64,000 nt of DNA from Candidatus Latescibacterota bacterium (GTDB taxonomy: Bacteria; Latescibacterota; UBA2968), in the NCBI GenBank assembly GCA_965116885.1, contig OZ220741.1, positions 3,776,001-3,840,000 on the forward strand, read 5' to 3'. Shown here piece after piece: positions 60,337 to 64,000 of the stretch (positions are counted from its first letter, which is position 1; each line of letters starts with the position of its first letter). Made by a program: the position numbers and the translations under genes. The notes beneath the pieces were generated by a model that worked only from the letters and a program-made list of their open reading frames with translations, ran no database searches and was not told where the DNA came from.

Positions 60337-61833
60337 ATGGACCGCAATCAAATCAAAAACATAAAGCAATCTGCGAATGAGTTCTTCCAGGCTGCACAGG
60401 AATATGTTCAAGATCAAGAAGGAGCATTAGCAGGAATCTTAACAATGACGATCAAGGGTCCACCTTTGGGCATGGACAACAATGTACAAGAAAAAGAAGA
60501 GAGACTCGTCAGGCAATGTATTCGTGCATTAGGAGTTGAATTTGGCAGTGAAGAGGAGATAGAGGAACTTATTTGGGGTCATTTTTGGCGAAGCTTCTCG
60601 GATACGAGAACTGAAATCGGTGAGCAATTGTTAAGGGCTGAACTTGGTAGTGATGAGGAAAGAGTGAAACTTTGGGATCATTTTGAGCGAAGTTTCTTAG
60701 ATACGAACAGAATCTTGAATATATCTGAGATCACTGAGCGATTTTTAGACGATATTTCTCGGTATGAACAGCGCAGCTATGGATATCTCGCTCCAAACTT
60801 TGTAATTAAATTCAGTGATCAGGCACAGAAAATTGTCATTGGTCCTGTAGAGGCAATTCAAACGGAGTATTTTTTAGAAAATCAAGCGAAAATCCCAAAA
60901 AATATAACAATATGGAGAGGGAAAATCGTTATACCTATACTTTCAGAAATTCGAGTTGGGTCGAAATACAATTGGTCAATTTCAAATGGCAATATTTTTC
61001 TCGAGTTTCCTCAAGCCTGCTGGTATATTCCGATGGGGTCTATTAAAGCAGCACGACGAAATGCCGAGGAAAAAGCTATCTGGTTGATCAACATTGCAAT
61101 AAGCCTTCTACGGCTCTGCTATCCAAAACCGGAACGCGAAAAATATCCCGAGATTGGTGACATTGAAGAGATGCCTCTTATCGAGCCGAAAAAATTTTGG
61201 TTTGGCGATAGAACAGAAGAGAAAGGGATTGTGCTCGACAGAATTGACAGAGAAGATGAAACAACTAACCAACCATCAATGGGGTTAAGTCTCCCTGTCA
61301 ATTCGTCAATTCGTAGAATACCTTGTACATATCTTGTTGATGAGACGGTGGTGGCACTAACCGAAGAACAGAAATTCAAGGACCGGGCACATGTGATTTT
61401 TAATCCTTCTAAGAATAGTTTAGCAGAGCGTTTCGGTCAGGGACTTGGTTGGCTTACTCGTGGACGCCAGACGGCAGATCGTGCAGAGCGATTTCTTTTC
61501 TTTTTTACAGCAATTGAAGCCTTGTTGTCCAGCGATGATAAGAGTGCACCGGTTGTTCAAACAATATCTCGGCATGCGGCAACGATTCTCCACACCGACC
61601 CGCAGGATCGTAAGGATTTTGCGGGCCAACTTGGCTCACTCTATGGCGTTCGTTCGGCACTGGTGCATGCAGGAAAACGCGACGTTTCGCAGAAGCAAAC
61701 AATGGAAGCGCAAAGGATAGCAGAAGAACTCTACAAAACCGTAATGGAAAATTATCCATTGGATAGTAAGTTTAATAAATTTCAAGAATCTCTTTCAAAA
61801 GCCAGCTACGGATCACTGTGGCCTTTCAAATAG
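60337..61833 (+). CDS. ApeA-like HEPN domain protein
   Basis: C-terminal FTAIEALL...LYGVRSALVHAG (RX4H); AT-rich codon usage. Confidence 0.78.
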   Translation: MDRNQIKNIKQSANEFFQAAQEYVQDQEGALAGILTMTIKGPPLGMDNNVQEKEERLVRQCIRALGVEFGSEEEIEELIWGHFWRSFSDTRTEIGEQLLRAELGSDEERVKLWDHFERSFLDTNRILNISEITERFLDDISRYEQRSYGYLAPNFVIKFSDQAQKIVIGPVEAIQTEYFLENQAKIPKNITIWRGKIVIPILSEIRVGSKYNWSISNGNIFLEFPQACWYIPMGSIKAARRNAEEKAIWLINIAISLLRLCYPKPEREKYPEIGDIEEMPLIEPKKFWFGDRTEEKGIVLDRIDREDETTNQPSMGLSLPVNSSIRRIPCTYLVDETVVALTEEQKFKDRAHVIFNPSKNSLAERFGQGLGWLTRGRQTADRAERFLFFFTAIEALLSSDDKSAPVVQTISRHAATILHTDPQDRKDFAGQLGSLYGVRSALVHAGKRDVSQKQTMEAQRIAEELYKTVMENYPLDSKFNKFQESLSKASYGSLWPFK

Positions 61834-61840
61834 GAAATCC

Positions 61841-61870
61841 TTGGATAGATTGGATAGATTGGATAGATTA
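61841..61870 (+). repeat. Tandem repeat TTGGATAGA x3
   Basis: ttggataga ttggataga ttggataga tta, right after the HEPN stop. Confidence 0.8.
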
Positions 61871-61889
61871 GTTAATCCGGGAGAGTGGT

Positions 61890-62159
61890 ATGGTAACGGT
61901 TACTTTTGAACTACCAGAAGATGTGCTTTCGTCGGTGCGGAAAGACCCCGATCATTTTGCCCGAGAATTGCGTCTGGCTGCCGCTGTGAAATGGTACGAG
62001 ATGGGGGAGGTTTCTCAAAGCCGGGCGGCTGAGATTGCGGGACTATCCCGCAGTGAGTTCATTGAGGCACTGGGCCGGTTTGAGATTTCAGTATTCCAAT
62101 ACAACGTGACCGAAATAGCGGAGGAACAGATCAAATTAGAAGACGGGAGTTTGTCATGA
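61890..62159 (+). CDS. UPF0175 family putative antitoxin
   Basis: ELRLAAAVKWYE.GEVSQ.RAAEIAGLSR.EF...L. Confidence 0.87.
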   Translation: MVTVTFELPEDVLSSVRKDPDHFARELRLAAAVKWYEMGEVSQSRAAEIAGLSRSEFIEALGRFEISVFQYNVTEIAEEQIKLEDGSLS

Positions 62160-62377
62160 CCAGACAGTTGACAGCAATTATAGAACGCGAGGGTGATGGC
62201 TACGTCGCCTTCTGTCCTGAGTTAGATATCGCGAGTCAGGGAACAACTGTGGCTGAATCTCGGAAAAATTTGAAGGAGGCATTGGAATTGTTTTTTGAGA
62301 CGGCTTCAGACACCGAAATTCAGCATCGGTTACACGAGGAAGTATATGTAACACAGGTGGAGGTCGCAGTTGCCTAA
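62156..62377 (+). CDS. hicB: HicB-like antitoxin (short form)
   Basis: LTAIIEREGDGYVA.CPELDIASQG.TV.E...NL.EALELF. Confidence 0.9.
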   Translation: MTRQLTAIIEREGDGYVAFCPELDIASQGTTVAESRKNLKEALELFFETASDTEIQHRLHEEVYVTQVEVAVA

Positions 62378-62588
62378 ACTCCGGGTGTTATCGGGCAGGG
62401 AAGTTTGCGGAATACTTGCGAATCACGGATTTACGGAGGTCCGGCACAGGGGCAGCCATGTAATTATGCAAAAGGTCGAGTCCAGTAGCACCATTACTGT
62501 CCCAGTTCCTGACCATAGGGAACTACGGGTAGGAACGCTGATGTCAATCATCAGGCAATCGAGTTTACCCAGAGAGCTGTTCGAGTAA
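62370..62588 (+). CDS. hicA: HicA toxin
   Basis: LSGREV..IL...GF..VR.RGSH..M......TVPVP.H.EL..GTL.SIIRQ; TTG start after GGAGG. Confidence 0.9.
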   Translation: MPKLRVLSGREVCGILANHGFTEVRHRGSHVIMQKVESSSTITVPVPDHRELRVGTLMSIIRQSSLPRELFE

Positions 62589-62611
62589 ATTAAATTCAAG
62601 AGGTATGAGTT

Positions 62612-62839
62612 GTGCAGCATCGTCATTTAAACCATCAAAATTTTACGCTCGCCGCTATAGACGATGTGATCCGTCGTGGTCGCTGGGATGATTGGGCCGA
62701 GTTGCGCCGTGCGGCTCTTGAAGACTCCACTCTGCTCGACAAGATTGAGCGCGTTTGCGCCCATTGCGTTGCTGACCCGTATGCCCAGCGTCATCATTTT
62801 TGGATGAACTATGTCAAAAAACACCGCGATACTTCCTGA
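62612..62839 (+). CDS. Small hypothetical protein, putative antitoxin-like partner of a nucleotidyltransferase
   Basis: HRHL...TLAAIDDVI.RGRW.DW.ELR...DPYAQRHHFW; GAGG SD before the GTG. Family recalled, not verified. Confidence 0.6.
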   Translation: MQHRHLNHQNFTLAAIDDVIRRGRWDDWAELRRAALEDSTLLDKIERVCAHCVADPYAQRHHFWMNYVKKHRDTS

Positions 62840-62887
62840 GGGCTTATTCGATTACATTTGCGATCAGAATGACCCGGTCCAGGACTG

Positions 62888-63343
62888 ATGTTACCCAATT
62901 TAACTGTGCGCCCAGCGCAGATTTCTGATAGAAATGCACTTAATGAATTGGTGAAAAATATTGGGCCACAATGTATTGTGGAGTTTTCGAGTGGCCGTGC
63001 TTACATAGATATGGAGCAGACGCTTGTGGCTGTGCAGGGCGATTGTGTGATTGGGTTTGTGGCGTGGTTGCAGGATGAGATGCAGGCTGTGATTGTGGGG
63101 CTTGGGGTGCGTGACACGCATCGGCGCTTTGGCGTAGCAACGCAGTTGGTCAATGCGCTGATAGAGCATTTGCGTGAGGCGGGGGTGCGGTTGTTGGAGG
63201 TGATTGTGTCGCGCGATAGGGCTGGTGCAATGACCTTTTTTAAATCGATAGGATTCAGGCGGTTGGGGGGCAGTGCTGCGGACCGAGTTACATTTGAGTA
63301 TCGCTTGTGGGGGCGCAGAAATCGGGCAGATGGATTTGCGTAA
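62888..63343 (+). CDS. GNAT family N-acetyltransferase
   Basis: VRPA, VIGFV, LGV...HRRFGVATQL and A..FFKSIGF motifs. Confidence 0.85.
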   Translation: MLPNLTVRPAQISDRNALNELVKNIGPQCIVEFSSGRAYIDMEQTLVAVQGDCVIGFVAWLQDEMQAVIVGLGVRDTHRRFGVATQLVNALIEHLREAGVRLLEVIVSRDRAGAMTFFKSIGFRRLGGSAADRVTFEYRLWGRRNRADGFA

Positions 63344-63450
63344 TCAGTTGTATCTATACAGGAGGCGAGAGATGCGCGGTTGCAGGTTGCATCTTTTGCC
63401 TCCTGTTATTAGTTTGGTGGTGTTAGACAGTCGATTGAGAAAGGTGGATT

Positions 63451-64000
63451 ATGGCCGAAGTACAAGCCTCAAATACAACAGATGCGGCAACGCGCGAGGG
63501 CATCACGCTCCGGGCTGTTCTTTTTGGGTTGGTGGTGGTGCTGTGGATTGCGTTTTGGAATACGCATGCCGAGTATATCGCCCACACATCGCGTATGAAT
63601 ATCAGCCATTTTCCGATGGTATTGTTGTGTACATACATACTGGTGGTGTTGCTGAATCAGCTAATGCGCTGGATAAAGCCGCGATATGCACTGTGTCAAA
63701 CCGAGTTGCTGGTGGTATTGGCGATGGGGCTTTTGGGCGCGGCCATTCCCGCCTATGGTTTGACGAGTTTTTTCCTGGGCATGATTTCTGTGCCGCATTA
63801 TCTGGCGACGCCCGAAAATCAATGGTCGGAATTTGTCCATCCGCATTTGCCCGATTGGCTGGTGCCGAGCAATGAAGGTTACGCCATGCAGTGGCTTTAC
63901 GAGGGCTTGCCCGCGGGGCAGTCCATTCCCTGGGATGTGTGGGTTGTGCCGCTGTTCTGGTGGTTGAGCGTTGTTGCGGCCATTGTTCTGGCGTCTATCG
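63451..64000 (+). CDS. DUF6785-like membrane protein (3'-partial)
   Basis: Not in the supplied ORF track because it runs off the window. MAEVQ...GITLRAVLFG...VPHYLATPENQW...LYEGLP.GQSIPW..W..PL.WW; paralog of 30287-32269. Confidence 0.82.
   Translation, partial: MAEVQASNTTDAATREGITLRAVLFGLVVVLWIAFWNTHAEYIAHTSRMNISHFPMVLLCTYILVVLLNQLMRWIKPRYALCQTELLVVLAMGLLGAAIPAYGLTSFFLGMISVPHYLATPENQWSEFVHPHLPDWLVPSNEGYAMQWLYEGLPAGQSIPWDVWVVPLFWWLSVVAAIVLASI

Noticed and set aside
59600..62890. Integron cassette array explaining the TA cluster
   Set aside because: No attC-like RYYYAAC...GTTRRRY palindromes between genes, several genes overlap directly, and no integrase is present.
63273..63875. 200-aa ORF from the track
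   Set aside because: It is an alternative frame of the real DUF6785-like gene starting at 63451 and has no recognisable motifs.

Overview
This is a 64-kb bacterial chromosomal window of moderate GC. Its gene content (three sulfatases, two PhyH dioxygenases, two PQQ-type beta-propellers, two DUF6785-like membrane proteins, heparinase/alginate-lyase-like proteins and an internalin-like LRR lipoprotein) suggests an uncultured FCB/PVC-type heterotroph such as Latescibacterota, possibly sponge-associated; this taxonomy is inference only. From left to right it holds: (1) a flavin halogenase-like/GT4/thioesterase/ABC-exporter/beta-propeller cluster; (2) a TAXI-TRAP transporter with sulfated-glycan and sugar catabolism genes; (3) a PhyH pair, a metallophosphoesterase and a ferredoxin:thioredoxin reductase catalytic subunit; (4) a decayed IS607-family element; (5) a sugar-isomerase gene fused in frame to an AT-richer foreign domain; (6) a DNA-repair/housekeeping block (XPB partner, tRNA-Ala(GGC), ligA, DGGGP-synthase-like UbiA, XPB, alr, sbcCD); (7) envelope and oxidoreductase genes; (8) a toxin-antitoxin/HEPN defence islet. 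The most interesting feature is the IS607 element. Its tnpA is a pseudogene, but its TnpB is intact, of the rearranged-RuvC 'pro-Fanzor' type, and lacks the zinc finger. Its right end and omegaRNA abut the ftrC start region, so the predicted guide is the ftrC translation start. No CRISPR array, rRNA or integrase was found. All family assignments come from motif recognition by eye, not database searches.
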